DNA from: Bacillales bacterium | Lineage (GTDB): Bacteria > Bacillota_I > Bacilli_A > RFN20 > CAG-826 | Assembly: GCA_016287465.1 (NCBI GenBank) | Contig: JAEEWP010000002.1 | Location: 1-45,582, forward strand | Reading direction: 5' to 3' | Length of the DNA stretch: 45,582 nt | Shown here: positions 32,218-40,136 of the stretch, one piece after another | Numbering within the stretch: position 1 is the first letter of the stretch | How the letters are laid out: each line of letters starts with the position of its first letter | Position numbers and translations under genes: made by a program | The notes under the pieces: model-generated | The model's input: the letters and a program-made list of their open reading frames with translations, nothing else | The model's database searches: none | Told to the model about the DNA's origin: nothing

Positions 32218-33552
32218 TCAGTTAGTGCTATTAAGGGAGATGTCTCCGTCGGTGCAGGACACGGTCCTCAAAGTGCCTTTGTCATACCAGTATCCGCCTT
32301 TTGTCACGCTCTCCCAATCCTCCATCGTTCCTAGATAGGTGATGCTCACTAAGGATGAATCGTTGCTGAACGCATTATATCCGATTGAGGATATGCTTTT
32401 CCCCATCGTGACGTTGCTAAGGGAGGTGCATTTGCTTAGCGCGTAATCCCCTATCGTCAATGGGGCATCTGGGAAAGAGACGGTAAGAAGGCTCTCGCAC
32501 TGAAGGAAAGCGTTCTTGGAAATGGTTCTGATGCTCGACGGGAGAGAGATTACCTCAAGGGCTGAGCAGTTCTCGAAGGCCGAATTCTGGATGAGGGAGA
32601 CGGTACTGCCGAAATTGACGGTCTTGAGGCTATCGCACTCATAGAAGGCGTATTCGCCGATGGCGAGGACGCTACTAGGTATCCTAATAACCTCCATATC
32701 GGCCCTGGCGTAGGCGCCGTTCCCGATGAAAAGGGTTCCATCAGGAACGTAAACCGAACCTTTGCCGCTTGGGAAAGAGATGAGGGTCGTTCCCTCCTCG
32801 TCAAAGAGGACGCCTTCTTTGACCGAGAGATTCTTTATCGAATGCGCCCTGACTTCGAAACTCTCTAGCGAGGTGCATCTTGCGAAAGCGCCAGCGTTGA
32901 TCTGATAGAGTTCGGATGGGAGCGAAACGCTCTTAAGGGAGGTGCAGTTATCGAAAGCGAAACTGCCGATTCTCGTCATGTCATCAGGGATGGTGAGCGA
33001 TAAAAGGCTAGAGCAGCCTCTGAAGGCATAGGCGCTGATAAAGGTAAGACCTTCGCTGAGTTTTAGCGAAGAGAGATCCTTGCAGCCCTCAAAAGCGCTT
33101 TGCCCGATGATCCTGACGGAACTTGGAACGTCGGCTTTCTTGAGGGAGCGGCATTCATAGAAGGCCTTTTCGCTTATCGTCGCAAGCGAAGAGCTAAGGC
33201 GCACTTCGGCAAGGCTATGGCAATGCTCGAAAGCCGATTCCCCTATCCAGACTATGCTGTCAGGAAGGGAGATCGATGTTATGAGGCTGTTATTGAATCC
33301 TCTGTCCGCCACTCCCCTGACAGGCAGGCCTTTGTAAGTGCTTGGGATGACGATATCGCCTTCGAGCTTGTACTTCCCGGCGGATACCTCGTAGGACGTG
33401 CCTTCGCTATTGAGCTTGAATCTGAGGTTATTCTCACCTTGGGACATAGAGAAAGATCCGCTTCCAGAAGGCGTCTCACCGGAGATGTTGCAAGAAGCAA
33501 GCGACAAGGCGAATAGAGCGGCGATTAGTGAAGGAATTGCATGTTTTTTCAT
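32218..33552 (-). CDS. BspA-type LRR surface lipoprotein 4
   Basis: MKKHAIPSLIAALFALSLASC, LRR_5-like units, and cap YLGTMEDWESV...VSCTDGDISL. Confidence 0.85.
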   Translation of the reverse strand: MKKHAIPSLIAALFALSLASCNISGETPSGSGSFSMSQGENNLRFKLNSEGTSYEVSAGKYKLEGDIVIPSTYKGLPVRGVADRGFNNSLITSISLPDSIVWIGESAFEHCHSLAEVRLSSSLATISEKAFYECRSLKKADVPSSVRIIGQSAFEGCKDLSSLKLSEGLTFISAYAFRGCSSLLSLTIPDDMTRIGSFAFDNCTSLKSVSLPSELYQINAGAFARCTSLESFEVRAHSIKNLSVKEGVLFDEEGTTLISFPSGKGSVYVPDGTLFIGNGAYARADMEVIRIPSSVLAIGEYAFYECDSLKTVNFGSTVSLIQNSAFENCSALEVISLPSSIRTISKNAFLQCESLLTVSFPDAPLTIGDYALSKCTSLSNVTMGKSISSIGYNAFSNDSSLVSITYLGTMEDWESVTKGGYWYDKGTLRTVSCTDGDISLNSTN

Positions 33553-33566
33553 AATTCTTACCTCAC

Positions 33567-34940
33567 TTATTCCTCAACGAAATAACCTGGTTCAATCGTT
33601 CCGTTTGAGCACTGGACTTCCTGGAATGGGCACTCAATCTTCCAATACCCGCCCTTAGCGACATGACCCCACTCATCTATCGTTCCTTCGAAGATGAGGG
33701 TCTTAAGGGAACGGCAGTATTCGAAAGCGCGGTTCCCGATCGAGGTCACGTTCTTACTTAAGGTAACGGACTTTAGGTAAGAGCAATAGGAGAAAAGTCC
33801 GTCAGGGACAGAGGTAAAACGTTCCGGAAGGACGAAACTCTTGATTTGTGTATACGAGAGGGCACTAGCGCCAAGCGAGATGACGCTCTCTGGGATTTCG
33901 AAAGCGTCGAGTTCGTGGCAAGAGCTGAAAGCTCCCCTTCCGATCGTCTTGACGTTTTTCCCGAAATTGATTGTTCTGAGGGAGGAGGGGCTGAAGGCGC
34001 AGTCGCCGATTGAGACCACGCTGTCAGGGATGTCGATGCTGCTCTTTTGTATTCCGGAATATGAATACTCCCCTAAATGGGTGACCCCCTCAGGGATTTC
34101 GATAACGTATTTCCCTGCTGGATAGCAAACGACCTTTTTCTTGCCTTTGTCATAAAGAACGCCGCCCTCCGAAGAATAGTTAACGTTATCTGATTCGACC
34201 TGGAAGCGTTCTAAGGAGGTGCACGTCGAGAAGGCCCCAGCGCCGACCGATTCGACGCTATAAGGGATGCTCACGAATGTAAGTTGATCGCAGTCTGAGA
34301 AAGCGAAGCTGCCGATGCTCGTTAAGCTTTCAGGGAAGTATAGTTCCCTGATATCGGTCAAAGAGAAAGCGTCCGTGCCGATCGCATTGAGACTTTCGCC
34401 AAAGGTCACCTCTTTAAGGGCATAACAGGCCCTGAAAGCCTCATCGCCGATGATATGGACATAATCGGGGATATCGACCGCAAGAAGATTCTGACAGCGG
34501 CGGAAAGCCTCTTTGTCGATGACGGTAAGGCCACTGCCTAAACGGACCTCTTTAAGAGAGGCGCAATCAATGAAAGCAGCCTGCTCGATGATGGTGATGG
34601 TGTCTGGAAGATAGAGGGACGTGATTCCTGAGCAGCCAGCGAAGCCATTATCTCCCACGACGGTGACAGGCAAGCCTTGGTAGGCGCTTGGAATGACGAC
34701 CTCCCCTTTCGTTACGTCCTGGCTTTTCGCATGAACGGCGTAGGATCTGCCGTTAGGCGCCAACACGAACTCAAGCTTATCAAGAGTTGGGTCTGGCTCG
34801 CTGACGGAGGACGAAGAAAAAGAAGATTCTTCGGTAGAGGTTGCTGAAGGGCTATTAGACGGCCCGATATGGATATTGCAAGAAGCAAGCGATAAAGCGA
34901 ATAATGCACCGATTAATGTGCGTTTTGCAGAGTTTTTCAT
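33567..34940 (-). CDS. BspA-type LRR surface lipoprotein 5
   Basis: Start reassigned to MKNSAKRTLIGALFALSLASC (ATG at 34940, SD AGGGGA at 8 nt). Cap is FEGTIDEWGHV...VQCSNGTIE. Confidence 0.85.
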   Translation of the reverse strand: MKNSAKRTLIGALFALSLASCNIHIGPSNSPSATSTEESSFSSSSVSEPDPTLDKLEFVLAPNGRSYAVHAKSQDVTKGEVVIPSAYQGLPVTVVGDNGFAGCSGITSLYLPDTITIIEQAAFIDCASLKEVRLGSGLTVIDKEAFRRCQNLLAVDIPDYVHIIGDEAFRACYALKEVTFGESLNAIGTDAFSLTDIRELYFPESLTSIGSFAFSDCDQLTFVSIPYSVESVGAGAFSTCTSLERFQVESDNVNYSSEGGVLYDKGKKKVVCYPAGKYVIEIPEGVTHLGEYSYSGIQKSSIDIPDSVVSIGDCAFSPSSLRTINFGKNVKTIGRGAFSSCHELDAFEIPESVISLGASALSYTQIKSFVLPERFTSVPDGLFSYCSYLKSVTLSKNVTSIGNRAFEYCRSLKTLIFEGTIDEWGHVAKGGYWKIECPFQEVQCSNGTIEPGYFVEE

Positions 34941-35056
34941 AAATGCCATCCCCTTTCTGATGAACATTTGCAATGTAATGATAGATAATTTCACTTTCTT
35001 TGAAAAGTGATCTGAGGTCTCTCTATTGATATGACAACTACGTTGAGCAAAACCGC

Positions 35057-36751
35057 TCAAATATATTCCGTGACCGATAGCGACACATGGCCATCGGTGC
35101 AGTTGATCGTGCGTACGGAGCTTCCTTTGAATGCACTTTCGTACTTACGGACATTGGCCCATTGATTCATGGTTCCATTGTAATTGAACGTCCCTAGTTT
35201 ATTGCATCCTCTGAAAGCGTTGCCGTAGAGGTAAGCCGCACCGCTTCCGAGAGTGAATTCCTCTAAAGAGGTGCAACCAGAGAAGGCGGAGGTGCCGATC
35301 TTTGCGATGGAGTCAGGCGTGATGACGCTCCTAAGGGATCTAGAGCCAGAGAAAGCCTCGGAGCCGATCTCAATAAGAACATCGCTCTTCATGGTCAATG
35401 TTTTCAAGGACTCGCAGCCATAAAAGGAATTCTGATCGAGGACGGTGACGTTTTGGCCGATGGTCACTTCCTTTAGGAAAGGACAGCTTCTGAAGGCGCT
35501 CTCCCCTACCTTCGTAACGGTATCGGGGATGACGAAGTATGTGAGTTTCTTATTCGCATAGAAAGCGTAATCGCCGATGGTTGTAACGGTACCTGGGATG
35601 GTCAATCTCTTTTTGTTCTCCGGGCAACGGAGCAGTTCGGTTTGATCTTTGTTATAAAGCACATCATGAAGAGAGCAGTAATGAGGGTTATCAGGACTCA
35701 CTAAGAACCACTCCATGGAACTGCAGCCAATGAAGGCTCTTGTCGAAATCGAGGAAACGGTCTCAGAGATAGTGAAGCTGATCAAAGAGGTGCAATTCGC
35801 GAAGGCGAGTTCTCTGATGGCCTTGAGGCCGGAATTGGTGGTTACGTTTCTAAGAGAACGGCAGGAATCGAATGTGCCCTTTTCGATGTTCTTAACGCTT
35901 CCTGGGATTTCAAGCTCAGTTAAGTTAGCGCAGTTCTGAAAGGCGTATTCTCCAATGGTCTCCACGCCTTTTCCAAGAACGAGCTGAGTGAGGGAAGAGC
36001 CACTAAAAGCGTAGTCCGCTATTCTTGTGACGCTATCCGGGATGACGAACGTGGATGGCATATTACGGGTGAGTTCGAATGCGCTTTCGCCGATCGTCCT
36101 TAACGAATCCGGCAAGCCTCTGAAGTTCACTAGATTGCATTCGTAGTAAGAATGATCGCGAAGGGTAAGAAGAGTTTGTGGAAGCGCCATCTCGCGCACT
36201 TTGCCTTTAGGGCAACGGATCAGTTCGGTCTGGTCTTTGTTGAAAAGCATTCCGCTGTCGGAAGAGTAATTTGGGTTATCCGGGGAGACGTCGATCCTTG
36301 TCAAACGGTTACTGCAGTCTTCGAATGCCTTATCCCCTATATGTGTTATGGTTTTCGGTATATAGACGCTGGTAGGACCAAAAGAGGATTCGCAGCAAAA
36401 ACCATTCTTGGCGATCCTGGTTACCGGAATGCCGTTATAAGACTCTGGGATGACTACGCCGAGTAAGTAGGACGACTTGCATGCATCCTCGCTAAGCGCC
36501 ACATCATAAGCCTTTGTCTTATCATTGAGGGTGAATTCAAAATATTCCGGGGTTGGCTTAGGATCGGAAATGCGGACTCCTGAAGAAGAAGCCGTCCCGT
36601 CTATAGAAGAGGATTCCTCTAAGGAAGATCCGCTAGTCGACGATGCTAGGGATTCGGTAGAAGAGCCGCTCGTGGACGGGACGGCCTCACAAGAAGAGAA
36701 TGGCAATACGAAAAGAAGACCAAGGAGTGTCGTTAATGTCGATTTTTTCAT
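35057..36751 (-). CDS. BspA-type LRR surface lipoprotein 6 (first gene of the block)
   Basis: Likely start is MKKSTLTT (ATG at 36751, SD AGGAGGA at 8 nt). Lipobox FSSC. Two SPDNP(N/H)Y...L(F/Y)NKDQTEL(I/L)RCP units. Cap is YNGTMNQWANV...INCTDGHVSL. Confidence 0.85.
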   Translation of the reverse strand: MKKSTLTTLLGLLFVLPFSSCEAVPSTSGSSTESLASSTSGSSLEESSSIDGTASSSGVRISDPKPTPEYFEFTLNDKTKAYDVALSEDACKSSYLLGVVIPESYNGIPVTRIAKNGFCCESSFGPTSVYIPKTITHIGDKAFEDCSNRLTRIDVSPDNPNYSSDSGMLFNKDQTELIRCPKGKVREMALPQTLLTLRDHSYYECNLVNFRGLPDSLRTIGESAFELTRNMPSTFVIPDSVTRIADYAFSGSSLTQLVLGKGVETIGEYAFQNCANLTELEIPGSVKNIEKGTFDSCRSLRNVTTNSGLKAIRELAFANCTSLISFTISETVSSISTRAFIGCSSMEWFLVSPDNPHYCSLHDVLYNKDQTELLRCPENKKRLTIPGTVTTIGDYAFYANKKLTYFVIPDTVTKVGESAFRSCPFLKEVTIGQNVTVLDQNSFYGCESLKTLTMKSDVLIEIGSEAFSGSRSLRSVITPDSIAKIGTSAFSGCTSLEEFTLGSGAAYLYGNAFRGCNKLGTFNYNGTMNQWANVRKYESAFKGSSVRTINCTDGHVSLSVTEYI

Positions 36752-36901
36752 AGATGCCATCCTCCTTTTTGCCAGATGTTTTCTTCATATTATTGAGGAC
36801 TTCGAAAAAGGAAAGAATTATTTGCATTTTTTGCTTTTTATTTTCAAAACGTATGCATTTAAAGCAAAAAAGAGGGGTTTTGCAGGGATTTTTGCAAAAA
36901 C

Positions 36902-37765
36902 CTATCTCTTTATTCGGTTTATAACGCTTTCGACTATATATGGATCGTCAAATCTGTGCACTAAGAAGGTTTTTCTCCCCAGGTGGTTTAAGGATGAGCC
37001 GACTGAATATGCTTTTTGACCATCAATAAAGATAAAGCGGTCATGAACGGAGTCATTCTTAATGACGTTCAGCTCATGATACTGCTTCTGAAACTCTGCA
37101 ATATCGTCTCTAGATAACTTTGTTTTGTTTGAACAGAATATGTCGATAACCGTACCTGCGCTTGCGCCCTTAAGAAACTTGAAAGCTTCCCTATCGAAAT
37201 AAGGATCGATGATGACAATGTTTTTCTTAGCACCGTCGATTAAGGACGAAATGAATTCGTATGCGTCATAAAACTGCCCTTCAAAGAATAGCCTTTCCTT
37301 AACGGGCTCTAAGAACATTTTTTCTTTGATTTCCCCTACTTCGCTCTTTAACTCTTTTATGTCGTTTTCAAGATTTAGGTAATTGTCTTTTGAAACGATA
37401 ATCCTATTGTTATCAAGAACATAACCCTTCAATAAGTATTGTTTGAGAACACTGTTTGCCCACTTTCTAAACAAAACTCCTCTTTTTGATTTGACCCTAT
37501 ATCCAACGGAAATGATGATGTCTAAACTATAAAAAGGAACTGGTTTGTCGGAATTTGCAATGTGCAAAAAATGCACGTTGCTTTTTTCATCCAATTCACT
37601 CTCCTGGAAAATCTTTTTTATGTGCTTCGAAATAACGCTTCTATCTCTATCGAATAGCAAGGCCATTTGTTCTTTAGAAAGCCAAACGGTGTCTTCATCA
37701 GGAGACACTTCAACATCCAATTCAAATCCGTTGTCCTTAAATCTAATTAGTTCATAAGAATCCAT
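36902..37765 (-). CDS. RhuM-like N-terminal DNA-binding domain fused to a PLD-like (MIT_C-like) C-terminal domain
   Basis: The N-terminus (TVWLSKEQMALLFDRDRSVISKHIKKIF...YSLDIIISVGYRVKSKRGVLFRKWANSVLKQYLLKGY) matches the RhuM/ORF6N-type signature. After a coiled coil come IIDPYFD...HDRFIFIDGQKAYSVGSSLNHLG. Confidence 0.7.
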   Translation of the reverse strand: MDSYELIRFKDNGFELDVEVSPDEDTVWLSKEQMALLFDRDRSVISKHIKKIFQESELDEKSNVHFLHIANSDKPVPFYSLDIIISVGYRVKSKRGVLFRKWANSVLKQYLLKGYVLDNNRIIVSKDNYLNLENDIKELKSEVGEIKEKMFLEPVKERLFFEGQFYDAYEFISSLIDGAKKNIVIIDPYFDREAFKFLKGASAGTVIDIFCSNKTKLSRDDIAEFQKQYHELNVIKNDSVHDRFIFIDGQKAYSVGSSLNHLGRKTFLVHRFDDPYIVESVINRIKR

Positions 37766-37836
37766 AAAACGCCCCCTCTTTTCACCTTAATCTTAGCATG
37801 CCTAAAACGAGCCGGAGACGGCAAAAGATGTTATTC

Positions 37837-37853
37837 TTGACACGATGTGTCAA
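37837..37853. promoter_or_regulatory. Perfect palindrome TTGACAC-GAT-GTGTCAA upstream of the RhuM-like gene
   Basis: 7-bp arms. Both arms contain TTGACA-like hexamers. It lies 72-88 nt upstream of the 37765 start. Confidence 0.4.
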
Positions 37854-37902
37854 TAGTTGTGTTTTAAACTAATGAATTCGTTATAAAATTTTTTTGAGTC
37901 CG

Positions 37903-37936
37903 GAAGAAAAAAGAGGATGCCGAGGTCATCGGCACC
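37903..37936 (-). terminator. Rho-independent terminator after the CPBP protease gene
   Basis: Minus strand GGTGCCGA-TGACC-TCGGCATC followed by CTCTTTTTTCTT. Confidence 0.65.
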
Positions 37937-38002
37937 GTCCGGAGGTAACTCTCTTGGAGGGAGAATGAGATACTCAGATTCCTGAATACAAAAGCTAAGC
38001 TT

Positions 38003-38884
38003 TTATTTTGTTTCTTCGGTGATTTGGGAAGCTTTTTTATTCTTCAAATAAACAATCAAGTACCAGATAAGGACGACGGTGAAGGAAACGGACTGGGCAA
38101 TCGTGATTCTTATTGTCATGAGATGGTCAGCCTCTTCGCTTGAGACGACATGAAGGATATTGACGATGGTATTGTTGACGAAATGGTCACCCATGGCCAT
38201 ATAGAGGTTTCCGGTGAGTTTGCCGATCAAAGCGAACTTGAAGCCCACTAAAGCGGATGTTCCGATTAGCATGGCCGTATTGGCGATATAGCCTCCAAGG
38301 CTCATCTCACCGTCGATATAGCTTCTTAATGGGGACATGATGTGCCAGACGCCGAATAAGGCAGAAGCGATGATTCCTGCGATAACGAATTTGTAATGGT
38401 CTCCGAGCATCTTCTGGAATAAGCCTCTAAAGACCCCTTCTTCCATAAGGACGTTGATGACGTTGCCAACGATGCAGATTAGGAAGAAGACCAAGTCGGT
38501 TCTCTTTCCAAGATTTCCATTTACCGAATAAGCGGAGACATATAGCTCTAAGGACTGGAACTCTCCGCTTCCTACGAGAATAAGGATCTCCACTCCATAG
38601 GCGATGACGAAGATGCCAAGGCCAAAGGCTAAGCCTTTAAGGATATCTAAGAAGGCTTTGCCCGTCTTGAAACCGATGTCTTTGAATTTGTATCCGAATA
38701 GGAAGAGAGCCCCTACCATGATTCCGATTCCGATTAGCTTATGGATGAAAGCCTCTCCGAAGAAGGTCTGATCCGTTCTGATGATGAAGTACTCAAAGAA
38801 ACGGAAAGCGAAGCAAAGGAAATAGATGGCAAAGACCGCGAGTAAGGTTTTTGTTTTGGTGTTAAGCAGTTCGGTACGTTTCAT
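38003..38884 (-). CDS. CPBP family intramembrane glutamic endopeptidase (CAAX protease/Abi type)
   Basis: 293 aa and polytopic. It has the motifs EEGVFRG, FGVWH and HFVNN in the canonical order. Confidence 0.8.
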   Translation of the reverse strand: MKRTELLNTKTKTLLAVFAIYFLCFAFRFFEYFIIRTDQTFFGEAFIHKLIGIGIMVGALFLFGYKFKDIGFKTGKAFLDILKGLAFGLGIFVIAYGVEILILVGSGEFQSLELYVSAYSVNGNLGKRTDLVFFLICIVGNVINVLMEEGVFRGLFQKMLGDHYKFVIAGIIASALFGVWHIMSPLRSYIDGEMSLGGYIANTAMLIGTSALVGFKFALIGKLTGNLYMAMGDHFVNNTIVNILHVVSSEEADHLMTIRITIAQSVSFTVVLIWYLIVYLKNKKASQITEETK

Positions 38885-39058
38885 AACTCGGCTATTATAA
38901 GCAAGAAGCCGAAGGATAAGCCAGCGATTTGGTCGGATTTCCCTAATAATATGTGGGTAATGGTAAAAAAGGAAAGCATTGTGTGAAAAATCTGCTTTTT
39001 ATTTTCTAAAAGGAGGCAAAAGGCGAAAAAACACGGAAAAACCGCATGAATCAATGCT

Positions 39059-39886
39059 TTATTTAGAAGTTACATCTTCCCAAGTTGATACGTCAGGGCA
39101 ATAGATTGGCAACTTATTCGTGTCGTATCTGAAATCATAGGCAAAGAATTTTGATTCGACATCGAAAGGACTATAGGCTTCGCTAGGGAAAGATAGAAGA
39201 ATATGCGATTCCGTAAGAAGTCCGGTTTCTGAATTCGCAAAGCCGAAAACCATTAGAGAAAGATCGTGATTATTAGTGCCGGTATCGGTGTCTCCATCAA
39301 TGCTGAAATAATCCTTATAATACTCATCCTCATATTTCACATTGGTGTATTTGTAGCCACTGAATCTTGTAAGTTCGAAATAATCCGTCTCTCCACCTTC
39401 GTTGGAATTCGGTCTTAGATATGTGTCAATATTCATGGCCATATCGAAATAATGACGGAAAGACTTATAAGTGCTCTCATACGCTTCTTTTCCGTGCATA
39501 TAGGAAGTCTTCTCTTCCTTTTCCGACGTGCCCTCTTTGTAATAGGTTCTTTTCGCGGAGATCATCTCACCGTTATCGTCGATGAATGACCAAGTTTCGG
39601 AAAACGTTTCGTAAGGACCACCGTATCTCTTTTCTAGGTACCTTTTTTCAATGACACGACTGGTTGTCCCATTGATTTCTTCGGTGTAATCGGAATAACC
39701 GCCGGTATCGCTCCAAACCACAGTGAGGTTATCGTGCTCAAAAGTCTTCCTAAACGTGTCTTTGAGGACAGCCTTCATCTCTTCAAAGCCTTCCACATCG
39801 ATTCTTTCCATTTTCTTTTCACAAGAAGTTAGAGAAAGAGCAAGAACAGAGAGAAGACTCACTAGCATCAATTTACCTTTTTTCAT
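39059..39886 (-). CDS. Lipoprotein of unknown family, cassette copy A
   Basis: MKKGKLMLVSLLSVLALSLTSC. It is a paralog of 43124..43930 (blocks ETWSFIDDNGEMISA, PNSNEGGETDY, FPSEAYSPFD). Confidence 0.8.
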   Translation of the reverse strand: MKKGKLMLVSLLSVLALSLTSCEKKMERIDVEGFEEMKAVLKDTFRKTFEHDNLTVVWSDTGGYSDYTEEINGTTSRVIEKRYLEKRYGGPYETFSETWSFIDDNGEMISAKRTYYKEGTSEKEEKTSYMHGKEAYESTYKSFRHYFDMAMNIDTYLRPNSNEGGETDYFELTRFSGYKYTNVKYEDEYYKDYFSIDGDTDTGTNNHDLSLMVFGFANSETGLLTESHILLSFPSEAYSPFDVESKFFAYDFRYDTNKLPIYCPDVSTWEDVTSK

Positions 39887-40035
39887 GATTAGCCCCTTAT
39901 TGTTGCGTTAATGTTATAGAGAAAATGAAAAAATAAGGCAATACCCCTTAAGGGGAAGACCCTTTTATAGTCGAGAGTTCACTTGTCTCTTCAATTCAAG
40001 TTGAAAACAAAATGAGAGGGTTTTGTTAGGGATTT

Positions 40036-40062
40036 TTAAAAAGCCTCCCTTTTAGGAAGGCT
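40036..40062 (-). terminator. Candidate terminator after 40137..42977
   Basis: Minus strand AGCCTTCC-TAAAA-GGGAGGCT followed by TTTTAAAAA. The T-run is short. Confidence 0.5.
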
Positions 40063-40136
40063 AGGTGGTTTGGTATATTTGGCCGACGTCTCTCGAAACA
40101 TCGCCGGATATATGATTAGAAACCAATGGTTGTTTT

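Noticed and set aside
38885-39058. AAAGGAGG on the plus strand at about 39013 as the RBS of a hidden small gene
   Set aside because: There is no ATG, GTG or TTG within 5-12 nt downstream. The next ATG opens only a few codons.
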